Assembly: GCA_963727895.1 (NCBI GenBank)
Contig: CAVSHT010000010.1
Coordinates: forward strand, 1 to 10,032
Length of the DNA: 10,032 nucleotides
Source: an uncultured Methanosarcinaceae archaeon
GTDB lineage: Archaea; Halobacteriota; Methanosarcinia; Methanosarcinales; Methanosarcinaceae
Direction of reading: 5' to 3'
This document shows, one piece after another, positions 1-7,878 of this stretch. The translations under genes and the position numbers were made by a program. Every line of letters begins with the position of its first letter. Within the stretch, counting starts at the first letter, position 1. The notes below the pieces were generated by a model. It was not told the origin of the DNA. It searched no databases and saw only the letters and a list, made by a program, of their open reading frames with translations.

Positions 1-1343
1 CAGTTTCTCTATATTCATTTTAGCGGCAATACCCTTTGCAGCACCCGGTACTGATGTGATTACACCAATATCGAGTTCCTCACGGAGTTCGCGCATAACA
101 TGTTCGTCTGCGAGATCCCTGATTTCTACATTGAGTTTCTTTGCCACGTACTGTTTTGCGTCTTTAATCCTCATATTCTTTGAGAATTCCATCCTTGACT
201 TAGGTCTCCGGCTGCTCCCTTCCTGTCATACCTGAAGCCATTATGTGGGAGATCGGCATACCCAGAGGGTCGCCGACCCCGATCTATATGCCGTCTACTC
301 CAGCAATCTCGACCATTGCTTTACTGGCTCTGGTAACTGCATCCACAGGCGGAGTTTCGAGCATGGGTATTCCACCGACACCCATACCCATATTCACGTG
401 ACATGGGATCAGAGCTTTCACTGCTCTTTATGAATGTGACAGCACGTGCAAGGTTCCAGGCTGAGGTCTTGCTCGTATTGGTGTTGCACACAGGTCCGAA
501 AACGTTTGCGCCTGCTTTTGCAATAAGAGGTGCCTGCTTGTGAGGCCAGAGCCCTGCAAGAGTGACTCGTCATATTGAAGGTTTCCATGCATACCAAGTA
601 CACACTCTCCAGCCATGCCTGCTTCGATATACATATCAGGGAACTCTTTCCTCAGAGCCTGGATTGCGTGAAGGGTTCCGTACATATGAGCGTCGCCTGC
701 AGCTGCAGTTGTGTCGAAGTTAACACCATCTGCACCCGAGGCAAAGAGTTTCTGCATGACCCATACAGTGTCCCTTGTAAGGTGTTCGGCTGCGTGTTCC
801 ATGGAATCCCAGGCTTCCTGAATCTTGAAAGCCTTCATCAGGTCTCCGGGGTTTTCGAAAGGTCCGTCAGGAGTATAATACAATCCCATGTTCGGCATTG
901 CGCCGTAAAAGAGGGATGATCATATCTGCTCGCACACTTCCATTGCCGGCATTCGTTTGAAACAACTGGCTTCACAGGTTTGAAACTGTAGTCGATGTGA
1001 CCGAGTTCCATTGTGTCTGCACCAAATGCCCTCTCGTGCATCATGCAGCCAACAAGACGGCTTGAGGGAATTCCTACACCACTGTTGCCCTGGTCACCGT
1101 CAAGCGGATTGTACCTATATCGTGAGTAACCGGTACTTCCATACCCTGCTCGACACTAATTTGCCGGGCTTTGTAATATCATAAGGATTTTTGCAAGCTT
1201 GTCGATTTCGTCGGAGGTCAGGGTAGGGATCTCGCCAAGATCTGCAGCATTTGCTGTACCTGCCTCAATCTCCGAAACAATTTTGTCTTTTTAAGGAAGG
1301 CGCGTTTACCGTCTCCCATTCTCAAAGCATATTCGGTTGCCAT
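1..1343 (-). CDS. mtbB: Dimethylamine:corrinoid methyltransferase MtbB (pyrrolysine-containing); 3' end runs off the window; several frameshifts
   Basis: ATG at 1343 gives [14 protein letters not shown]. Fragments [30 protein letters not shown] and [30 protein letters not shown], then [21 protein letters not shown] and [28 protein letters not shown], match my recollection of Methanosarcina MtbB in colinear order across frames. Confidence 0.96.
284..286 (-). other. In-frame amber (TAG) codon decoded as pyrrolysine in MtbB
   Basis: Minus strand reads gta gac ggc ata TAG atc ggg gtc ggc gac cct = VDGI-O-IGVGDP, the known Pyl site of MtbB. The frame continues after the TAG. Confidence 0.95.
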
Positions 1344-1349
1344 CCCTTT

Positions 1350-1997
1350 TCACTTCCCCACAAGCAGTTCTTTTGCTTTTTTAACAGCTTCGCTTGCGTT
1401 TTCTGCATAGCAGTCCGCACCTATTTTGTCAGCCCAGGCCTGAGTTGCAGGAGCGCCACCTACCATGACTTTTATTTTGTCCCTCAGACCTTCTTCTTTC
1501 AGAAGCTCAATTATGTCCCTTTGACCCTGCAGGGTTGTGGTCATAAGTGCAGAGATCCCTGATCATATTTGCATTGACTTCTTTTGCTTTCTCGACAAAA
1601 TTCTTTGTAGGAACGTCCCTGCCCAGGTCATAAACTTCAAAACCAGAAGAACTCGAAGCATGGTTGAGACAATCGACTTGCCTATATCATGCACGTCTCC
1701 TTCAACTGTGCCGTTTACAATAACTCCCAGTTTCTTTGTTCCGCTTCCTGCAGGCATATCAGCTTCAAGTAGCTTGACTCCTCAGTCATTGCACTGCCAT
1801 CATTACATGGCGGAAGGAAAAGTTTTCCTCTTTCAAACAAAACTCCTACCTGATTCATGCCAGCAGCAAGTCCCTTGTCAATAATTTCTGACGGCTCCAT
1901 AACCTTCTTTGCTTCAACCGCAGCAAGTACTGTATCTTTCTTACAGGAAATTACCGCGTCTGTAAGCTCATGAATCATTTCTTCTTTTAGATGCCAT
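1350..1997 (-). CDS. mtbC: Dimethylamine corrinoid protein MtbC (frameshifted; split into 3 ORFs in the track)
   Basis: ATG at 1997 follows GGAGG (2005-2009). Has a B12 cap region (GMNQVGVLFERGKLFLP) and B12-binding motifs GTVEGDVHDIGK (DxHxxG), SALMTTT and VMVGGAP. Stop lies 6 nt before the mtbB ATG. Confidence 0.9.
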
Positions 1998-2004
1998 TTT
2001 TTGA

Positions 2005-2009
2005 CCTCC
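2005..2009 (-). promoter_or_regulatory. Shine-Dalgarno GGAGG for mtbC
   Basis: Minus strand ttGGAGGtcaaaaaATGgca, 7-nt spacer. Confidence 0.75.
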
Positions 2010-2481
2010 AATTATCGTCAGAGTCTATCTTCAGTATTGGATTATAGAGATGAAGCCTGATATCTGATTATATCTATTAATAGGTGTAAATGATATATAT
2101 AGCCCAGCCTATGGTGTTTTTTCTTAATGGCATGGAAATTGAACTTCTCCAACGTCAGTAAAAACTCAGAAGAAATGAAAGGGATCTTTAGAAAGGGCTT
2201 AAATGATGAGATTTTTTGATTATGGAATAAATTTTAATGCCGTTAAAAATAGAAGCAGTAACAGCAATGAAATTAATCAGAAAATAAGCTCAGAAACTGA
2301 AAAGTATTGAGGCATTAAAGGTTTAACGTATATTTTTTTTGTAAACTTTGGTTAACCCTATAACTCAAACTAGAATTCTTTTTTAAATTTCTATATTTTA
2401 AAGCATTCTACTATTAAACATAATAAACGCCTACATGTAAAACAGTCTATTTATAAAAGAAGTTAAAAAACTAACATATTT

Positions 2482-3141
2482 TTATAGTCCAATAGGACAT
2501 GAGACCATACACAACCCACAAGAATGTTTTCTGTAAAGTGTTTTTATATAAAGGCTCCTTTTTTGATTACATAATTTATAGTTAATTAATTCTTCACGTT
2601 TTGTGTCTATACTCCATGTGTAACCAGTTAAAGCCTTATAAGGACAAGCATTAACGCACATATTACAATCTGTTGGACATTTACTCTTTGTAATTGGGTT
2701 TCCTATTGGCAAATCCGAATTAATTAGTATTGCAGATAGTCTTACTCTAGGTCCATATTTTTCTGTAATCAAAACACCGTTTTTACCTATCCATCCTAGA
2801 CCTGCATTAACACTTGCAAATTTAAAAGAGAATGGTGCAATTAGAGTTTTTTCATTTGATTGTGAAGCAGGTGGTATATAATATTGGATTTTGGATTTAT
2901 TTAATACAGTGGTGATCTCTTCTAATAACAAATTGATCCCGTCATGTGCGTCATCTATTAACGTTTCAAGTTTCTCTTCTTTATAACTATTTATACTCAA
3001 TAATTCTATATGAGGAACAGCAAAAACTAATGCACATTTATAATCTAATTTATATTCACTAAAATTTATATTTGAAATGCCATATAGAACATCAGGGTTT
3101 TTCTTAAAAATCCCCAAAATAGTATTGTATAAGTCGCTCAT
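2482..3141 (-). CDS. Epoxyqueuosine reductase (QueG)-like / reductive-dehalogenase-fold 2x[4Fe-4S] protein
   Basis: Intact 219-aa ORF with AGLGWIGKNGVLITEKYGPRVRL, CPTDCNMCVNACP and C-terminal CGLCMVSCP motifs typical of this superfamily. Confidence 0.85.
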   Translation of the reverse strand: MSDLYNTILGIFKKNPDVLYGISNINFSEYKLDYKCALVFAVPHIELLSINSYKEEKLETLIDDAHDGINLLLEEITTVLNKSKIQYYIPPASQSNEKTLIAPFSFKFASVNAGLGWIGKNGVLITEKYGPRVRLSAILINSDLPIGNPITKSKCPTDCNMCVNACPYKALTGYTWSIDTKREELINYKLCNQKRSLYIKTLYRKHSCGLCMVSCPIGL

Positions 3142-3510
3142 GTATATTGATCCTTTGTAAAAATAATCTTCTTATCTTCCTATTTTGAGAATGTTTTTGT
3201 TGCAAAAATCGTATATAAAAGTAAAAAGGCAGTGTACTTGAAATTCTGTGGAAATACTATGGAATACTATAATACACTCTTGTTGATCGCCTAAAATATA
3301 ATCTACCTGTTTTGTATATTGATGTTGAAGAAGAATTTGAGAGTCTGGGAAGTTTATTGACTGTATGTATACCTGTACATGTACATGGTTTCCAGTGTCA
3401 TGCAAATTTAATTCTTGCACATAGTCTTTGGCAGCTTTCCATCAGCACATAAGGATTCAGAGCTTAAGTGATAAATAACTAAATGTCCTTGACAAAAGTT
3501 ACACTTACTT

Positions 3511-3957
3511 TTAGTGCATGTTTTGATCGCCCAGTACACAAACTCTAATTGTCCCGGTACTTGTCTGAAAATCCGTACAGATATCAGGATGAACAGGGAT
3601 TTTTTCGGGAGTATCTTCTTTTTTCTTAAACTGGCAAAAGAAGTCGCCTTCAAAACGGTATTTTCTGAAAAGCTCACAGGTTTCACAGAGGCAGCCCTTT
3701 TTTTTTTTTTCCTCTCCTATGACTATGCCTCCTCGAGCACAAAACATACCCTTATCTCCCCCCGGATAAGCAGAGCAGTATTTGCAGAGACAGGCTTTCA
3801 AGCAATGATATGAACCGCAGATTTCAAAATATCTTCCATATTCTTCTTTAGTTCTCTGGATAATATCGCCAGTCTCTTTAGAGGATCTTTCTGCAGTTTC
3901 TGTATTTTCTACATTTTTTATTGAGATTTCAGAGTTCAGAGTATTCCACCTGTACAA
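3511..3957 (-). CDS. Cys-rich DUF2769-like methanogen protein (start uncertain)
   Basis: Pattern CLCxxCxxY..MFCARG..GCLCxxC..Y..FFC resembles DUF2769. The start is TTG at 3957 or a later codon after AGGTGG. Confidence 0.75.
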   Translation of the reverse strand: MYRWNTLNSEISIKNVENTETAERSSKETGDIIQRTKEEYGRYFEICGSYHCLKACLCKYCSAYPGGDKGMFCARGGIVIGEEKKKKGCLCETCELFRKYRFEGDFFCQFKKKEDTPEKIPVHPDICTDFQTSTGTIRVCVLGDQNMH

Positions 3958-4076
3958 AAACGAATTAATTTATAAGGCGTCAAAATATATTCTATATTGC
4001 TTGAGGGTTTTATAAATACATTTTTACCATGCCATAAGAGTTCTGGAATTTAAAAAGCTCTGGAGGATAAGGGATT

Positions 4077-4950
4077 ATGGGATTTAATCAGGTAGCTGAA
4101 AGCGACGAAACGATTCTTGATGAAGCACTCGAAAGGCAGCGAATTCTGGAAACTGTGATTAACAACAGCCCTGTAATGGCTTTTCTATGGACCCCGGAAG
4201 AGGACTGGCCTGCCAAATATGTCTCGGAAAACGTAACTCAGATTGGGTACAGCGCAGAGGATTTCCTCACAGGCAGGATAATGTATGCAAATATTGTCCA
4301 TTCCGAGGATATAGATAGAGTAAGAAAAGAACTCACCAGATGCTGTGAAACTGGGGAAGACGATTTTGTAAATAGATACAGGATTATTACAGGTAAGGGA
4401 GAGATCCGCTGGGTCGAAGAAAAGACCTTTATCCAGCGCGATGAAAAAGGAAATGTGGTTAATTTCCAGGGCATAGTCAGGGACGTTACTTCCGAGATCA
4501 AAAATGAAAGAGCATTGCGCGACGCCCTTGAGAGCCAGAAAGCCCTGATGGAAAAACAAAAAGCTCTGCTCGAGCGGCAGAGAGCACTCGAAACAGTAAT
4601 TAATAATAGTCCTATGATAGTTTTTCTCTGGAAAGCAGAGAAATACTGGCCCACTCTTTATGTATCAGAAAACGTCCGACAGTTCGGGTATGCTCCGGAA
4701 GATTTTATCTCTGGAAGGATTCTCTACGGAAAAATTATCCACCCTGAAGATCTTCTCCTTGTGGAACTGGAACTTGAGGAGAACTGTGAAGAAGGCGGAA
4801 AAGAGTTCGGCCGTCGAGTATCGCATCCTGACACAGACCGGTGAGGTTCGCTGGGTCGAAGAAAAAACATTTATCCAGCGCAATCTGGAAGGAAAGGTTA
4901 CCAACTTCCAGGGCATTATCGAAGATATAACCGAAAAGGTAAAAGCTTGA
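4077..4950 (+). CDS. Tandem PAS/PAC (PAS_3-type) sensor protein, about 290 aa, one +1 frameshift near 4810
   Basis: Two homologous repeats (LETVINNSP..FLW..WP..YVSENV..GY..EDF..GRI.Y..I.H.ED and YRI.T..GE.RWVEEKTFIQR...G.V.NFQGI). ORFs 4077..4844 and 4660..4950 join to complete the second PAC. GGAGG lies upstream. Confidence 0.88.
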
Positions 4951-5082
4951 AAAATACCCGATGATCCTTATAACAGGTTTTTCACGTTTTTAAAATCAGA
5001 TTCATTCTTCATTTTCCCTTTTTTGCCTCTTTTACATTTCCATTTCCTCTCTATTTAAGTGTTTATATTACGAAGCGTAAAA

Positions 5083-5105
5083 CCCCTGAGTCTTTAGCTC
5101 AGGGG
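5083..5105 (+). repeat. IS left-end hairpin (TnpA binding site)
   Basis: 8-bp perfect inverted repeat with a TCTTTAG loop, preceded by the putative guide tetranucleotide AAAA. Confidence 0.88.
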
Positions 5106-5120
5106 ATATAAGCGTCAACT

Positions 5121-5516
5121 TCAACCCTGATTCCTTATGTAATATTCTGCTGCCTCTTTACTAACATTTCCTATAGTAGACGCAAAATATCCATCACTCC
5201 ATAACGTATTTTCACCCCAATAATATTTTTCCAGATATTCATTTTGTGTTTTCCATAACCTGTTAGTAGATTCTTGTTTCAATTTTCTGACAATTGACAA
5301 AACACTAACTTTTGGCTCACTCTTAATCAGGAAATGAATGTGGTCTTTGTCTGTTTCCATTTCAAGGATTTCAAAGTTTGACTCCTTTGAAATGTCAATC
5401 ATAATCTGTTTAAGCTCTTCGCTAATCGGTTCAAGTATGACTTTTCGGTATTTGCAAACAAAAATAATGTGGTACATTAACAAAAATTTGCTATGATTCC
5501 GTGTTTCACACTTCAT
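5121..5516 (-). CDS. tnpA: IS200-type Y1 HUH transposase TnpA
   Basis: YHIIFVCKYRK, HUH motif DHIHFL, LWSDGYFAST and catalytic Y in YIRNQG. ATG at 5516 preferred over TTG at 5525. Confidence 0.95.
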   Translation of the reverse strand: MKCETRNHSKFLLMYHIIFVCKYRKVILEPISEELKQIMIDISKESNFEILEMETDKDHIHFLIKSEPKVSVLSIVRKLKQESTNRLWKTQNEYLEKYYWGENTLWSDGYFASTIGNVSKEAAEYYIRNQG

Positions 5517-5523
5517 ATTTACC

Positions 5524-5562
5524 AAAAAGTATATATGTTGTTAAAGCATATAATACCTTTTT
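5524..5562. promoter_or_regulatory. Overlapping divergent BRE/TATA-like promoters for tnpB (+) and tnpA (-)
   Basis: Plus strand AAAAAGTATATATG (5524-5537) and minus strand AAAAAGGTATTATATG (5562-5547), each about 26-32 nt from the corresponding ATG. Confidence 0.55.
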
Positions 5563-6675
5563 ATGATGAAAGCGTTCAAGTTTAGACTCTATCCTACAAC
5601 TACACAAGCTGTTCAATTGAATCAGCACATTGGTAGCTGTAGGTTTGTCTACAATTGGGCGTTGGATCAAAAAATAAAAACCTACGAACAGACAGGAAAA
5701 TCAATTTCCAGATTTGACTTAAACAAAAAGATTCCTGTCTTGAAAGCTTCTAATGAATGGTTAGGAGAAGTTAACTCTCAATCTTTGCAGGGAATGACCA
5801 AACAGGTTGAATCTGCTTTCACTCGGTTTTTCAGAGAGAAGACCGGATTCCCTAAGTTCAAGTCTAAGAAAAATCCTATACAATCTTTTCCCGTACCTCA
5901 GCATTACACTGTAGACTTTGAAAAAAACACTATCAAGCTTCCTAAAATAGAACCAATTAAAGCAGTTTTTCACCGGAAGTTTGAAGGTGAATTGAAAACC
6001 GCTACTGTTTCAAGGACGTGTAAAGGACATTACTACATTAGTATCCTTGTTGAAGATGGGAAAGAACTTCCTACAAAACAGAAGTATTCAGAATCTACTA
6101 CAGTGGGTATAGATGTCGGGATTAAGGATTTTGCTGTACTCTCTACAGGTGAAAAGATTGAGAACCCTAAATACCTGAAAAACTCACTTCAGAGGCTTAA
6201 AGTCCTTCAGAAAAGAGTATCATGTAAGCAGAAAGGCTCTAAGAACAGGGCAAAAGCTAAACAAAGGCTTGCTGTGCTCCATGATAAAATAACTAATCAG
6301 AGAAATGATTTCCAGAACAAACTCTCTTTTAAACTGATATGCGAAAACCAAGCTGTAGCTCTGGAAACTCTGAATGTAAAAGGTATGGTCAAGAATCATC
6401 ATTTAGCTCAAGCTATTAGTGATTCTGCATGGAGTAGCTTTGTAACAAAATTAGAGTATAAAGCCGAATGGTTGGGAAAAACTATCTTGAGAATAGGACA
6501 GTTTGAGCCTTCTTCAAAGCTCTGTAGCGTATGTGGATACCGCAATAAAGAGCTTCAGTTAAAAGACAGAGAGTGGACTTGTCCTGATTGTAAAACAAAA
6601 CATGATAGAGACATTAATGCCGCTATCAATATCAAAAAATTTGCTCTCATAGATCAAAATCTAATTGGATCATAA
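5563..6675 (+). CDS. tnpB: RNA-guided endonuclease TnpB (IS200/IS605 OrfB)
   Basis: 370 aa. N-terminal KAFKFRLYP..G.CRFVYN, RuvC-I GIDVG, RuvC-II LETL, Zn finger CSVC..CPDC, RuvC-III DRDINAAINI. All three catalytic acidic residues are present. Confidence 0.96.
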   Translation: MMKAFKFRLYPTTTQAVQLNQHIGSCRFVYNWALDQKIKTYEQTGKSISRFDLNKKIPVLKASNEWLGEVNSQSLQGMTKQVESAFTRFFREKTGFPKFKSKKNPIQSFPVPQHYTVDFEKNTIKLPKIEPIKAVFHRKFEGELKTATVSRTCKGHYYISILVEDGKELPTKQKYSESTTVGIDVGIKDFAVLSTGEKIENPKYLKNSLQRLKVLQKRVSCKQKGSKNRAKAKQRLAVLHDKITNQRNDFQNKLSFKLICENQAVALETLNVKGMVKNHHLAQAISDSAWSSFVTKLEYKAEWLGKTILRIGQFEPSSKLCSVCGYRNKELQLKDREWTCPDCKTKHDRDINAAINIKKFALIDQNLIGS

Positions 6676-6792
6676 CACCTGCGGAACGCGGGGAAGAGCC
6701 CGTTGACTTGCCCTCGATAGAGGGAGGAATGACACAGGAAGCCACTCAGTCTTTAGCTGAGTGGTAGTTCACTCGGTGAAAGGAATATGACT
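6676..6792 (+). ncRNA. Predicted TnpB omegaRNA/reRNA (scaffold to 6772 plus flanking guide; 5' end probably inside tnpB)
   Basis: Lies between the tnpB stop and the right end. Stems CCTGCG-GAA-CGCGGG (6678-6692), CCCTC-GATA-GAGGG (6711-6724) and the RE hairpin. By TnpB precedent the guide is the DNA 3' of TCAC. Confidence 0.7.
6742..6764 (+). repeat. IS right-end hairpin
   Basis: 8-bp perfect inverted repeat with the same TCTTTAG loop, preceded by GAAG and followed by TAGTTCAC. Confidence 0.9.
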
Positions 6793-7078
6793 CTCACTCT
6801 TGACATAAAGGGTGATTTCACGCCACAGGAGGTAAGTGAAGTCATTCGTTCAGCGCTTGATCAGAATGAGCGCGTTGCAAAATACAAAATAAAAAAGTAT
6901 TCGGAGTATTTGTGAGAATTACGAAAAAAAATATGGGATGGATTCAGACCTTTTTATGGAAAAATTCGAAGCCGGAAAACTGGAGGACGACAGTGAATTT
7001 TTTGACTGGTATGCAGCAAAAAGGGGACTTGATATCTGGAATAAAAGGCTAAAAATCATCTCATCAATTGATGTATAA
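6787..7078 (+). CDS. ~96-aa FFDWYAAK-family protein, paralog 1 (antitoxin-like); one extra base near 6904; absent from the ORF track
   Basis: Manual translation MTLTLDIKGDFTPQEVSEVIRSALDQNERVAKYKIKKYS/ICENYEKKYGMDSDLFMEKFEAGKLEDDSEFFDWYAAKRGLDIWNKRLKIISSIDV* aligns end to end with 8124..8414 and 9701..9988. Confidence 0.88.
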
Positions 7079-7455
7079 ACTCTACCTTTAACCTCTCAAA
7101 ACTAGCTTCAGTCAAGACAGTACCTCTCCTCTCCACGCAAACTATATATATTATGGCATTCAAATAGTAATATTGTATAAAAGTCTCTAAATTGGAGAGT
7201 GTTTTTTCAGGTAATGCTGCACCAGGGATCAATTCGAGTGAACCTTCAGATGCAACTATTGAAGTTTCCAACTTTTTATCTCGTTTTATAAGCTTTCTAT
7301 AAGCGATACGTAATACGTTTTAAAGCGGGGTAGTTGCTTTATTCAAGCCGGTTGGATCTTAAAAAATACCTGAACTAAATTTAAATCACAAAAATAAACC
7401 AGAATAAAAAACGAAAATACTCTTTAGGGCCTTTATTCGCGAGGAATGAAACAAG

Positions 7456-7762
7456 ATGTCAGAAGAATCCGATGATTCAGACAGTAGTGATAGTAGTGGA
7501 AGTCGTCAGAAAATGCTCACAGCAGCCGGAATGGTCCTGTGTGTAATACAGTTTGCCTTCTTCGTGTACATGATTTTAATGTTCATGGAGATGGACTTTG
7601 CTGAGGGGTTTAAGTTCATGCTGCTTGCATATTCTTCAGCGTTCGTTTATAAGAACATGGAGAACTCCGGGAGTGATCCGGCAAATAACACGAAACTGAT
7701 GGCTGTGTGGATTTTTCCGGATCCACACCTTTTATATCTCATCTGTTCTGTTTCATATTTAA
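7456..7762 (+). CDS. Small membrane protein (2-3 TM) with acidic Ser/Asp N-terminus; probable +1 frameshift near 7717
   Basis: GAGGA lies upstream. Hydrophobic segments MLTAAGMVLCVIQFAFFVYMILMF and FKFMLLAYSSAFVY. Shifting frame gives IHTFYISSVLFHI* (TAA 7760-7762) just before a T-rich tract. The unshifted ORF runs to 7821 through that tract. Confidence 0.6.
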
Positions 7763-7840
7763 CCTATTTTTATTCTTTTTTTGATTTCTTTTCGTTCAAC
7801 CATAGCTATTTTACTTTTTAGTTTTTAAGAGCTAAAATGG

Positions 7841-7878
7841 TGAAGTATACAATTAATATGGACTGAAGTATACAATTA
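7841..7878 (+). repeat. Perfect 15-bp direct repeat TGAAGTATACAATTA x2 (23-bp period), candidate operator
   Basis: Copies at 7841-7855 and 7864-7878, each containing the palindrome GTATAC. Confidence 0.7.

Larger units (their letters stand above)
5067..6772. mobile_element. IS200/IS605-family insertion sequence (IS605 group, divergent tnpA/tnpB), apparently complete
   Basis: tnpA and tnpB lie between matching subterminal hairpins CCCCTGAG-TCTTTAG-CTCAGGGG (5083-5105) and CCACTCAG-TCTTTAG-CTGAGTGG (6742-6764). Right end terminates in TCAC (6769-6772). Left boundary is inferred after TTAT (5063-5066). Confidence 0.9.

Noticed and set aside
245..1884. Plus-strand ORFs 245..433, 575..919, 1251..1562, 1537..1884 and minus ORF 418..603
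   Set aside because: Antisense or out-of-frame shadows of mtbB/mtbC with no recognisable motifs.
3172..3813. ORFs 3172..3420 (-), 3408..3686 (-), 3514..3813 (+)
   Set aside because: No motifs. They overlap the DUF2769-like gene or the promoter region of the Fe-S gene.
4185..6402. Minus-strand ORFs 4185..4559, 4238..4654, 4665..4916, 5761..5973, 6220..6402
   Set aside because: Antisense to the PAS gene or tnpB. The similarity between 4238..4654 and 4665..4916 just mirrors the PAS duplication.
5563..6675. TnpB as a Cas12f or a nuclease-dead TldR-type regulator
   Set aside because: No CRISPR array, all RuvC catalytic residues present, and the gene sits in a complete IS with tnpA.
7056..7302. 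ORF 7056..7271 (-) and a 36-codon TTG ORF at about 7192-7302 (+) as a possible toxin partner
   Set aside because: No RBS, no ATG start and no toxin-like motif. An sRNA or small protein here cannot be excluded but is unsupported.
7432..7447. TTTATTCGCGAGGAAT resembling the predicted TAM plus guide (possible second TnpB target)
   Set aside because: Only 3 nt of the seed match after TTTAT. The resemblance is explained by both being RBS regions.
7841..7878. Direct repeat as a mini-CRISPR
   Set aside because: Only two 15-bp units with an 8-bp spacer and no cas genes.
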